From Lama glama (lineage: Eukaryota), in assembly GCA_028534125.1 (NCBI GenBank), contig CM052816.1, positions 70,062,001 to 70,126,000 on the forward strand: a stretch of DNA of 64,000 bases. The letters are read 5' to 3'. The stretch's first letter is position 1. Each line of letters begins with the position of its first letter. The notes under the pieces were generated by a model that saw only the letters and a program-made list of their open reading frames with translations, was not told where the DNA came from and searched no databases. Position numbers and translations under genes: made by a program. Below are positions 38,351 through 50,300 of this stretch, one piece after another.

Positions 38351-41212
38351 AAATTTTTAAAGGTACAATATTTCTCAGACAAATTCTGAATTTTACATTG
38401 ATTTGTTATACAGATTTGTTTTCTTTCTAATTAATTGACTATTGAAATTTTGTATGAATTTAATACTGAGGTCACATTTAAGATTTTTAAAAAAAGTATA
38501 GTTGATCCTTAAACTGCTGTCATAAAGTATGAATAAATGACACCCTTGGATTTCTGTTGAGGTGAAATCTTGGCCCATAAAATGTAAAACACTTTAGGAG
38601 AATTTTAAACAGATAAAAAAAATCAATAAATCAAACAACTTTCAAAATGTTACTTTAGTCTGTATTCATTCCCTTGGCCCTGGAATATCAGTGAAGGGAA
38701 ATGTTTATCTTGATCTGATCTTTTTTCTTTTGTCACCTAGATCTCTGTCCCATGCCATCAGCACCGAGCTGGCTTTCCTATATAAGATTTTTGCTAATTT
38801 CAGAGAATTCCTAGTTTTCTACCAGTCTTTGCTGGAGGTTGAGTTCAGGCTCCTCAGTCATATATTTGTAAGGACAAGTTCCTGCACTGGTCCACTAGAG
38901 GCTGGAGGTCAAAAGGCTTTCAATTGCAAAACATTCTGCCAAATGCTGACTGCTGTTCATGATTTAAGAAATTGCTTATCTCTGTTTGCCTGATTTTGTT
39001 GCTCTCTGTTCTGTTTCCCTGCCCTCCCCATGTTCCTCTGAATTGCATTGGAACAGCATAGAGTGTTTGGAGGCTGCCATTTTATTGGGTGGAGCGTTTG
39101 ACTGGTAGTAGATTGTGAACCACTTCCCGGTTCTTGAGTGCTTCTGAGAAAATACTCCTGATGCAGTAAGCTAGGGAGTGAATACCCCATATAAAGGAGA
39201 GAGTGGCTCCTGATGATTGTGCCTTTATGGGATTTGGGCCTTGTCATATCTGTTTTTCAGATTTGTCAAGAGAAAGTAGAAATTCAGATTTGGGGTGAAA
39301 TTTCCTAATTTGAGAATATTTTTAACTAATTCGAAATAATTTTATAGGTTTATGTGATCAAGTAAAATATAAACTGGATACAGTCCATCGATTGCCAGCT
39401 TTTAATTCCTACTTTAACTGGTGAGAAGTAGTACACAGCACATAAAGAAGTCCCGTAAAAATGGTGAGATAACAGGCAGTGGGAATACAAAAGCCAGGAG
39501 AATTGAAAAGAACAGAATCTGATTGACAGTGTACAAGTTAAAGAGTGATTCATTAGATAAGAACAGAGTAATGTCCACTGTGTCTATTGTATTGAGAGCT
39601 TGAACATCATTGCTAATCTGTGTCAAATCTCTTTGGATGAATAATAAGAGAAAAGTCCACGTTATAGAGGGTTGAGGAATGAATGGGAGGTGAGATAGTG
39701 GAGGCTGAGTACAGATTATTCCACAGGTTGTATCTAGAGGGAGACATAAGAAGACTTTTCTTTTCTTTTTTTTTTAAAGAGCTAGCCAAGGCTGAAGCAT
39801 TTGTGTGTGGGTATCTTGAATGAGGCAAACTTTACTAATTATATTATTGCAATTATTCTATCCTTATTTATACAACTTTTTATAAAGCATATTTACAGGC
39901 TCAGATTAATAAAAACCACCTTAGAGGGAGAAATTTAAAATGATGGAGGGAAAGCTCTGCTAATAGAGTGAATTTCTAGAAGAGATGGGAGGGGGTACCA
40001 TAGCTATGAAAACACAACTGGAAAATGAGATTCTCAGAGAGTGGAGGGAAGGTTATTAGAAATGGTATGGACTTGGGCAAACTCATGGTAATGCTGGCAG
40101 TGGAGGAAGCTGACAGAATTCTTTCCTGGTAGCAGAATTTTCTAGCTAAGTAGACGAGAGAAAGTTCACTGAGAGGGAGGGGAGTGGAAGTGGATATGCT
40201 GCTTGAGGAAGGTGGTGAGGGTTTGAAAGTGCCAGAGAGGGAGAGATGGGAAAAGAGAGATGTGCTCTTAAAGAACCTGGTTGAGATTAGATACCATACT
40301 TGTGTAAGGTCACTCAGTGGAACTTTTTGAGGATTTCATCCTTGCTCAGCAGCATGGGTATATGTGTGGAGAAGGTGGATTTCATCGATGGTTAGGATTT
40401 TGGTCAGAGGTTGTGTGGAAATAAACTGAACCAAGGATCTGGTGAGAGAATCATTGAGGAGATTGAGGTAGGAAATGACATGAGGTCTGGAGGGCTAGAA
40501 TGTTAAAAAATTGAGAGAGAGGCCTGTCTACCCTTGGTTCAGGCCATGCACCTTGGGATGTTGTTGCTTCTGGATGCAACCTTAGGAGGATGTCACTTGT
40601 TATTGTTTAGAATATGTCTATTCCATCTGGTTGCTTAGACCTCCATGTTCTTAGAAGATGTGGATCAGATGAGAAGCAGTTTTGGCTTCCTGACCCATGA
40701 ATGAAGCTAAAATGCTACTCTAAGATGATGTAAAACTCCTGGGAGAAGTAGGCAAGTGCCAAGGAAGGGAAGTGGACCAAATGTGAACTTAAGGGAGGAC
40801 CACAGTTAGAATGTTGCAACTCCATTCAAAATTCATGTCTCTTCTTGACAAACTTACCACTTGATAAAACCACCGCCTATGGCTGGAAGGAATGGTAGAG
40901 GCAAGTCTACAACTCCTAGCCAGCCCAACTTAAGTCTCATTGGGAAGAAGATCTCCTTTAAGATGGTGAAGGCTGAGAAAATTCTTAGAAAGTATGTGCC
41001 CTGTGATGTTTATGGCCAAGTGCTTTTACCACCAGCAGGTGCACTCCTACAAATAAGGCTAGTTATGTGTAGGAATCCTGGCCATGTCAGGCTAGGGGAA
41101 CAGGGTGAACATGGCTTCTCTGTAGCCTTATCAGAGACCCATGCATGGGTATTCTGGCTACTTTTGGAACATCAGGTAGCCAGGGCTCACTCAGAACTTG
41201 AAATGGTTCTAG

Positions 41213-41787
41213 GCAGCAGTTCTCAAATTTTAGCATGCATAAGAATCACCTGGAAAGCTTGTTAAGCCATAGATCTTGACCCCAAGTGAATTTTGTTCAG
41301 TGATTCTGGGGTAGTATTCTTGTTAGATACTTTAGATAGAAATGAGCACTGGGCAGGGGGAGCAGAAAGGGAAAGGAACAATCCAGAACACAAGGAACCT
41401 GAGCTGTCAATTAACCAGAGCACAAGAAACCTGAGCTGTCAATCAACCAGAGAGCAGGGAACCTGAGTGTCAATCAATCAATCAATCATGAAACCAGGAT
41501 ATAAAAATAGGAAAAACAAAGGAACGGCACCATTTTTCCTCTCTTGGATTGGCCCACTCCCAATTCTCAGGAGTGTACTATCTTTCACTATTTTTTTACT
41601 TCACTAATGAAAATCTTGCTTATATCACGCTTTCTGTCTCTCATCAAAAATCTTTTTTCAGGGAACTAAGAACCGAAGTAATTCTTATTTTCCTTTTCCT
41701 GGTAACATTCTAACATTGTATTTCCAGCAAGCTCCCAGGTAATGCTGATGCTGCTGGTCCAGGCACCAGCGCTTTAAGCAGCACTGT
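41213..41787. mobile_element. MER5A-like hAT-Charlie element split by an LTR insertion
   Basis: Left half cagttctcaaa...agaatcacctgga; right half agctcccaggtaatgctgatgctgctggtcc. Confidence 0.75.
41321..41707 (+). mobile_element. Intact 387-bp ERV1-class solo LTR
   Basis: TGTTA...TAACA inverted termini, perfect 4-bp TSD TTCT (41317-41320 / 41708-41711), three 32-bp U3 repeats, TATA gatataaaa at about 41498. Confidence 0.9.
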
Positions 41788-43184
41788 TTCAATTTGGGAA
41801 TTTTATTGTCTGGGTCCTGGTTCCACATACTTAATAAATAAATTGCTCTAGATCTATTTTGATAACTTTCCCTGGGGCACTGATCCTACAGAAGTCTCTA
41901 CCTTAGGAGTTTCAGGTATTGTTAGCCTTTTGAGTAATCCAGTTCCTCTGCTATCATTAGCCAGTAAGCCCACAGCAATCTCAGGAAACTATAGAGACTG
42001 ACTTTTGCCTTGGTCTTTCACTGCAACTACTGTTTATGGGAAGCATCATGACCGTGAAATCACCCCAACACTTTTTTTTTTGATGCTAGAAAAGATAGAG
42101 ATCTATCAAGATCTCTTGGAACTAGAATAGATACACAGCCCTCTCTGTCTCACCAGAATTGTAACTTTGTCTCTAATTTCTTGCTTGCCTCAAATTCTTG
42201 AGAAAAGAGAGATCTGAGTTGTTAGGGAATTAATACAAAAGACTTTTGGTGGGAATATATCTGGCTCCCAACCGTACCAGTTGGTTCCTGGGCCATATTC
42301 TTAAAATAGAAAAATGACAAATTACAGCTCTGCCAGGACTACATTTGGTGTAATCCAGAGAATATGTTTTCAAGTTGTCTAAGGACTCAGCCACAGGAAT
42401 CTTGATGGTACCAGCCAAGATGTCTGAGGCCAAGGATGGCAAAACCCAGGGACCATCAGTACTCATGGGGAGAGTCCAGCTAAGCAGAAGCTGGGATTTG
42501 GACATGTCTGGGCAGGTCTGCTGAATACTCAGGGCAGGCATGCCTGGAGTCTATTTACATGACAACTTTTGGCTGAAGAGTGATTGCTGATCTGAATGGA
42601 AAGTGGAATGGGAAGAACAGAAATGTGTCTGTCTTAGGACTCAGGTTTTGAAAAATGTTTTTTAATATATGAGTTTGTTGATTAAATCATATATTATCTT
42701 TTTAAATCTGGTAATTGTACAATTTACATTGGGATTTTTGATAGTTTGGAAATAGTTTATTACTATCTTTAGGAATCTATAGTCCTCTTGTAGGAAATTA
42801 TATCAAAATTAAAGAAGATGGGTTTAATTTAGTTTACTACCAGGGACTGTGTTGACTGTGTGAATAAAAAGACAAAAGGCATATATTGTGGCTTTGGAAA
42901 GGTGGGCGGGTGATGAAATTTTTTCTAAATTTCCATGGAAAATAATGTAGCTAAACCTGGTATTTGGACTGTGAACTTTTGCTATAGCACCTAGAACTTT
43001 TTGATGTTTTGTTAAATATTAACATGGCTAGATACTTTAAAATTATATATACCTTCCATTTAAAACAAATGTTTACACTTGTGCTTCTGGTCTTGATTGG
43101 TGCCATTCCTCATTCATTAAATCTTCAAGGTAGAATTTGGTTAATGAATCACAATTCCAGGTTTATTTCCTTTAATTAATAGCA

Positions 43185-43405
43185 ATTATTATAATCCTAG
43201 AGGATACTTATTTACTGACTGTTTCTTTATATCCCAAGCACTGATCCAAGCACTTTATACATCTTATTTCTTTTAATCCTCAGAACATCATTTTCAGGGA
43301 GACAGTTTCATTATCCTGATTACAAACATGGGGAAATTAAGGCACAAAGGGGTTAAATTCCTTGTCCAAATAATACATAGCAAGTAGTGGGGAGAACTGG
43401 GGTTT
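43185..43405 (-). mobile_element. MIR SINE
   Basis: aagcactttatac...tttaatcctca...ggggaaattaaggcacaaaggggttaa is the reverse MIR core. Confidence 0.7.
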
Positions 43406-43599
43406 CGGGTGTTTGAAGTGTTTTCACAAAGCTATTAATCATTCTCAATTTTAGGATGATTATAGAAAAGAAAAAATCTATTTTTCTCAGTTTAGGTAAG
43501 GTTTAGATGTCAGAAATTCTCTCATTGCAAATTTTGATTTTTAGCCTTCGTAAAATCACTGGAATTACTTTCCAGTCTTTCGGTCATTCAAAATGATTT

Positions 43600-43744
43600 A
43601 AAAATTTTTTTTATAAATCATTTTTTATGGGGGGAGTAATTAGGTTTTAATTAATTTATTTATTTTAATGGAGGTACTGGGGATTGAACCAGGACCTCCT
43701 GCATGTTGAGCACACTCTGCCACTGAGCTATACCCTCCCCCCAA
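43600..43744 (-). mobile_element. tRNA-derived SINE (camelid Vic-1-like), second copy
   Basis: The minus strand reads GGGGAGGGTATAGCTCAGTGGCAGAG...GGTTCAATCCCCAGTACCTCC. Perfect 11-bp TSD caaaatgattt (43589-43599 / 43745-43755). Confidence 0.9.
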
Positions 43745-43839
43745 CAAAATGATTTGGTAAATGACTCTATTTCAGTTGCTTTCCTAGAGATTGGGAGAAG
43801 CAGTCCACTGTGCACATATCCTTGAGAATGACTTTTTCA

Positions 43840-44250
43840 ACTTTTAAACTTTTTATTTGGCTATAATTTCAAACACAGAAAAGTTGCAAAAATAAAGATA
43901 GTATTAAAGATACCCATATACTTTTACTCAAATTTACTTACTGTTAATAAACATTTTACTCTGCTTCTTTTATCATTTGTATGCTCTCTGAATTCATATT
44001 TTTTCTTGCTAAATCATTTAAGGGTAAATTACGTACATTTTGGTCCTTTCCCCTAAATACTTCAGTGTGTCTTTCCTAAGTATAGGAATAGTCTCTTGAA
44101 TGTATAGTACATTAATTAATTTCAGTAAATTTGACATTGATACTTTAATCTATGAACAGTAGTACAGTTTTGTCAATTGGCTTAATAATGTTATATATAG
44201 CACTTTCCTCCTTGGGTACAGTTTAAGGTCTGGTACCGTACTGAGCTACA
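43840..44250 (-). mobile_element. Old L1M (L1MC/MD-like) 3' end
   Basis: tataatttcaaacacagaaaagttgcaaaa, ccctaaatacttcagtgtg, ttttgtcaattgg. Confidence 0.6.
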
Positions 44251-46099
44251 TTGTTTGAGAATGATTCCAATTATGGCAGATTTTGTTTTTGCTATATACT
44301 AAGAACCATACCTATGGAACATATAAAAATCTTAATTGAAGTGGATATCTGATGAAAATTAGACATCTGATAGGTTTCTCTTTATTACTTGATATTTTGC
44401 AATTCCTAATGATGATTAGAATGTAATCATACTAATTAAAACTAGTTACTAGCAACTGTTTCTATTAATTACATTATACGCCTAAGTGAATTAGAATCTT
44501 TTGAGTCATAGCTAAAATTCTAACAGTAGCCTAATGGTATTAATCTAATTTTAATTTTAAAAGAGATTTCTATTTTTTGGTACTAATTAGCCTAATGAAG
44601 GATTACTGGAAAAGTTGGAAACTCCAAGAAGAAAAATGAGATACTTTCTAGTGTTTGAGAGGAATGATAGATGCTGACAAACATAAAATAGAATTTTTAA
44701 ATAAATAATCCAGATATTGTTTAAAAGGCAAGCTGTTTATTTTGTCACACTCCTTTGCCAGGACACATATTAGTGCCTGTTAAATTTGGCGTTTTTACTC
44801 TGATCATCAATGGTAATTTTAAAGCATCTGTAGCATCCCAGAAAAAGGTAACATATCAATTCCAGGATGGGATATGAAACCTTATCTGCCCATTCTTTCC
44901 TCTTCCCAGAGCCCATCCTTAGTGGCAAGCCAGCAGCTCCTGGGCACCATAGAGGTTATAATCCTTGTCTTCCCGTGGTTAACGGCAGCCTGTTTGTCTT
45001 CTGCACCTCCCTTTCCCCTTTCTCTGGGAACCCGGGGCTGAGGGCTAACAAAACCCTACAGGCTCCTAATCATTATACAAACTCTGCCCACCCAAGAGGC
45101 CCCTCTGCCTCCACCAAATTTCTCATTTGGTGACCACATTTGACAGCCAACATTCTCCTATAATCATTTAAAATAATTATTTATATTAGGTTTTCACAAA
45201 AGGGATAAACATTTTAAAAGAACTTGGGCCACAGTCTTTGAAAGAACATATTTGTTTAGCAAATGTTGGCAATATTGATTATTCTTTGCTTATTCGCTCC
45301 CACAATCCTAATCCTCACTTCACAACTTGCACGTGGTATTTTTAATACTTAGCCAATGAATTAGCACACAGTGAGTTGGAAACTTGAGATTATCTAGTTA
45401 TGTGTCACTGCATATTACAGTGTATTACAGGGACAACTGATGTGGCAAATGGCAATCTGAGGCTCTAATAGTGTGAGTGACCTGGCTGTCTAGTGGAAAC
45501 CGCGATATATTGCCACATCTTACCTTGAGGGTGTCATTGATCTCCATGTGATGTGGACTTCTTTGTGGAAACCCACCCCTGCCCCATCCTTTGCTCACCA
45601 AGCCCCCCTAGAATTCCAACACTATACGGCCTTTATTTCTGTAGCTGATATTCTGATTTCTAGAATATGTTGTCATAGATTAGTCTATTTTCACTGTTCC
45701 TTGTAATGTGCTTTGTCTTTTAAAGATCTAAGATCCACTTTATTTAGATCAGGAAAGATAAAGGGTGCCTCTGGCTATGGAGATGAGTTTGGAACAAGGC
45801 TAGCTAAGAGGACAGTTTTTAAAGAGGAAACTTTAGGCTTGGTACACTGCAGGAGGAACATCTGTAGCCCCCCTCTCCCTTGCTTAGTGGTAGGTCTGCC
45901 ATCACTCCTACAAAGGAGTTACTGGACCTTAGGTCCCTTTATCTTTTGAGCTCCACTGAGATGACCTGTAATTTACCTTGCTTTGGAGCTCTGGCTGCCC
46001 TGGCCATTTAATTTCAGTGACAACTCTATTTCTCAGCAAATGTATCATATACATTTTTACTCAAAAGCCCAAATAACTTCTTTGCAGCAGCAATTGAGA

Positions 46100-47231
46100 C
46101 CATTGGCTTTTTAAAATTTTTTTATTTTTTCACTCATCATTTATTTACAAATACACATTATAACTTTTATATACATTGCACATTTACATGGTAGAAAAGT
46201 ACAAAACTATATATTTAAATGAATTTATATTTAACTTGCCATGTTTGAAAATATAAAATTGCATCAGAAAAAAGTATTATGAAAAGCAAGAAACTTGAAC
46301 TGATAAAGCTTTGATATAACTTTTCATGACACATTGGGTGAAGAGAACTAACTTAAAAGGTACAGCAGACTAGCTTAAAGGAAACACCTAAGAAAAGGTT
46401 GAATGTGTAGGATTCCCCTTCAGGCTCTTGACACCCATATCACTCAATTTCTTTGGATCTGTAAAGTCTTAAAAGTACAGTAATTAGAAACCTAACGATC
46501 CTATCACCCCCTCTCTCTCACAAATGTCTTCATCAAAACAAGAGAACTGAAGTAGGAGTTTCCTCAAAGATGTATCCTCTGTACCTTCTCTCTGAGTCAG
46601 AGTTATAATGCCTTTTGGTCAGTCAAGATTCCTTGTAAACAAAACCCGAGGGATCATGTATGTACACAACAGGCAGCAGAGAATCCAATAAATAAACATG
46701 ACAGAAACTGACATGCCAGTTTGCTAAAGTGGAAAGGAGCCTAACAACAGTGAAATGAAGGGAGATGGATGAGTGAGTGGATAGTAAGGAATGGACTTAA
46801 ATGGTTTACAAGGAAAAAAAAAGCTTTTACTTTACAAGCAAGAGACCTCACAATAAATAACTGCTCTTCCTTTCACGAATAAATTTCTTCAAAAACAAGG
46901 TGTACAGTCAACCAGACATTTTATGTATAAATTATAAAACATGACACAGTATAAATAAATGTCTACAAGTCTCAACTACGGGCCTCATCCAGTAGACCTC
47001 ACAATGACCGCCTCTCCGGGTCCAATGAGTAACAAGGTGGCCTGGGAGAGAGCATTAGGACAAAGGTCCTTTATGTATAGTTTTCCCCCCAAATAAATAA
47101 GCATACACTTATTTACAGTATGGACAATATATTTTTCTTTTTCTTTTTTTTTTCTTTTCTTTCCTTCTTTTTTTTTTTTTTTTTTTTTTTTTGCCCAAAG
47201 GCTATGTCAACACTTAACATTGGTGGAGGGT
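46100..47231 (-). other. FST: FST 3'UTR (distal end approximate)
   Basis: AU-rich region from the stop codon to tandem AATAAA signals at 46145-46140 and 46126-46121. Confidence 0.8.
46121..46145 (-). terminator. Two tandem AATAAA polyadenylation signals of FST
   Basis: Plus-strand tttatt at 46140-46145 and 46121-46126, at the end of the AU-rich UTR. Confidence 0.75.
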
Positions 47232-47314
47232 TTACCACTCTAGAATGGAAGATATAGGAAAGCTGTAGTCCTGGTCTTCATCTTCCTCCTCTTCCTCGGT
47301 GTCTTCCGAAATGG
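47232..47314 (-). CDS. FST: FST exon 6 coding part (acidic C-terminal tail of FST344/FS315)
   Basis: Acceptor ccatctag, [30 protein letters not shown] at 47234-47232. Confidence 0.98.
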
Positions 47315-50300
47315 CTAGATGGGGGAATACAGGGGAGCTGCTGTTTAAATATGGACAACAACAGCGCAGAAGCAGCTCAGTGTATGTTTTCAAAGCCCTC
47401 TGAAACAGCCATATTACAGCGTTGCATTTTTATGTGACTTGCAGTAAGATGGTTTTTTTTTTTTTGGTTTGTTTTTGGCATCTGCTGTTATGCAATAAGT
47501 TTAAATTTTTTTTTAAAAAAAACATTATCTATGAAGTCAAAAACTGCAGAAAGTTCTGAAGAATCAATGGCTCAGGTTTTACAGGCAGATTCCTGAAATT
47601 AGATAAAAAGCGCTCTTGTGTTCTAGGTATAACTGCTTTGGGTCCTTAATTCAGTTAGTAGAGGCAACTGCAAAAAGCAGCAGCCCACGTGTGACAAAGC
47701 TGTCTTTGGAAAAGAAAAAAAAAACATACTTTGAAGCAGTTAGTTTAGATTCAAGTGTTAATAAAGCAAACAGCAAAGCACACTACTAAAGCAAAAGAAA
47801 TTATGGGCAAATGACTGGAAACAGGTTTTTAGATGCAACCCCATTGATGATCATTAAGCAAGTCCTAAAAGCCCGGAGACATTCCAGGGACTTTCTCCGT
47901 GAATTGCTGAATTGCTGAATTGCTGGCAAAACTTATCAGCTACCTAACTGAAACAGAAATGGGCTTATATGGGGAGTTTTTAGTGCTTCTTACGTCTCCA
48001 TTCCCTAGGGCTTGCCTAGGAAAGCCTTAAATTGTGGCAAGGTTAGAAATCGCACTTACAGTTACAAGATCCAGAGTGCTTAACTTCCAGCAGCACACCT
48101 GAGGAGCAGGCCGCCTCCTTCATGGCACACTCGCTGGCGTAGGTGGCATTGTCACTGGCACAGACAGGCTCCTCAGACTTGCTCTCAGGGCACAGCTCAT
48201 CGCAGAGGGAACACCGGCCTCTGCCAACTTTGAAATCCCATAAACACTTTTTTCCACCAGTGCACTGGATATCTTCACAGGACTTTGCTTCTAGGATATA
48301 ATATACCTGTGATGAGTAAATCCATTTCCTCCTTGCCCCCTTTCTCTAGTCTCCTGTCAATGCATGTCAACATATAACATACAGCTTATCTCTCACTAAT
48401 GGAGATACTGTGCAAAAAATGCTTTACAATAAAACTGAAACCAACCCCCCAACCCCCATTTCCTACCTATTATATTAGTGTATGAAAATACTGTAGTATT
48501 TTTTTTGGAACAGGATTTCACCGTATTCTTGACTTAAATGTGTATTTGATTTCCCACAGGGGGGTTCTTTAAAAAAAAAAAAGAATTCCATCAGTTATCA
48601 GAATCTGATAACACATTTTAGGAACTGTTAAGTAATTATTTCTTGCTTCCAGCAAGTCTAGCACTTAAAAAATGTGTAAAATTGAGTTCTAAGTTTTCTA
48701 AGAAGGGAAATTGTTTCCCATTTCTTGCTGGTATTTGAATATATATGCCAATGCTTCCGGAAGACAATGGTTTTCTTCAGGAATGCTGTGGTCATGACAG
48801 TTTACCCAAACTGGAGAGTATTTCTCCCTTTGGTGAAGCTATGTGTTTAGGGAGGCTTTGGGCCTATTTATAGGTTAACCTCACAGTTTTAACACTAGAA
48901 GTAGCATTTTTCTCTTTTCCTGTTTTTTCTTTTCTTTCCTCAATCCAGAATACCTACTGATACACTTTCCCTCATAGGCCAGTCCAATAGATCTGCCCAG
49001 GAGGCAGGTAGCCTTTCTGAGGTGACAGGCACTGGAGTAGGTCACTCCATCATTCCCACAGAGATACTGTTCAGAGGAGGTGGGCTCCGGGCAAATGCGG
49101 TTACATGTCACACAGTAGGCGTTATTAGTCTGGTCTACCACGCATGTGGAGCTGCCTGGACAGAAAACATCCCGACAGGTCTCTGAAACAAAGAGGGAAA
49201 CAGACATTAATAGGCATCTTCTGGTCCCTGAGGACTGAGCATTTGATACTATTAAGGAAATCACAAAATAGAATCACCCAGCTTTCAAAAAGCCCTTTGG
49301 GAGCCCTGTGGTTTTCAAAACCAAACTACGACCCTAGGTTGGTCCCTTCAGTGTCCTTAAGGAGTCCTTGGAAGTTAGAAAAGGGTTCCTTTATTTGTTA
49401 TCATTATTATTATTATTATTAGGCTCTTACTGCAGACTACACCTTCCCACAGGGGTCTTCCAGTGAGTCTAGCTCAGGCAGAAAGCTGGAGGAGGGGCGG
49501 GGTAGGACCTACTTTTACATTTGCCCTGGTACTGGACTTCCAGTTCTGGCTGCTCTTTACATCTGGCCTTGAGGAGTGCACATTCGTTGCGGTAGGTTTT
49601 CCCGTCCAGCCCACAGACTGGGCCTTTCCAGGTGATGTTAGAACAGTCTGGGGCGCAGACGCAGCGGGGTTTGTTCTTCTTGTTCATTCGGCATTTTTTC
49701 CCGGGTCCACAGTCCACGTTCTCGCACGTTTCTAGGAGTTGGAAAGAGGCAGAGATTGAAACCAGGGTCAGGCATCACGCAGGTCAGCCAGCAGGGCTGC
49801 GGATGCCTTGCGCAATCTGCAACCAAGAGTTCGAGACAGAGGGGCCTAGGCTCTTGCCCAGAAGCTGAGGAGGGACGGGGGTTGGGGACCGTGGGTTACA
49901 TCCCATACCCAAATTTCGCTCAAAGCGCGCGGGCTGTCTGGCTTCACCGCCACATTTGGCTCAGAAATCTGAGAACTTCTGCCGACTTTGTTTTGCCTGT
50001 AGTATGTGACAGGCAAGATTCAACCCGAGTGGCTTACCAGGGCTGGGGGAGTTCGGGGAAACCCGCGAACAAAGCTCTCCCAGTCCCAAACCCCAGCTGG
50101 GCAGCAGGGAAGCTGAGGGTAAGACGCCCTCTACTGAAAGCCTGCAAACTGGGGAGGAAGAGCCCTACCTTTACAGGGGATGCAGTTGGGGGCGCCCCCG
50201 TTGAAAATCATCCACTTGAAGAGCGTGTTGTCATTTACGTCCTCCTCTGTCCACGAGGTGCTCAGGCGGCCGGTGCTGCAGCACTCCTCCTTGCTCAGTT

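Noticed and set aside
41383..41487. 32-bp repeats superficially like a CRISPR array
   Set aside because: They are directly tandem with no spacers and sit inside an LTR in a mammalian genome with no cas genes.
47901..47924. (GAATTGCT)x3 in FST intron 5
   Set aside because: A short slippage repeat away from splice signals, with no evidence of function.
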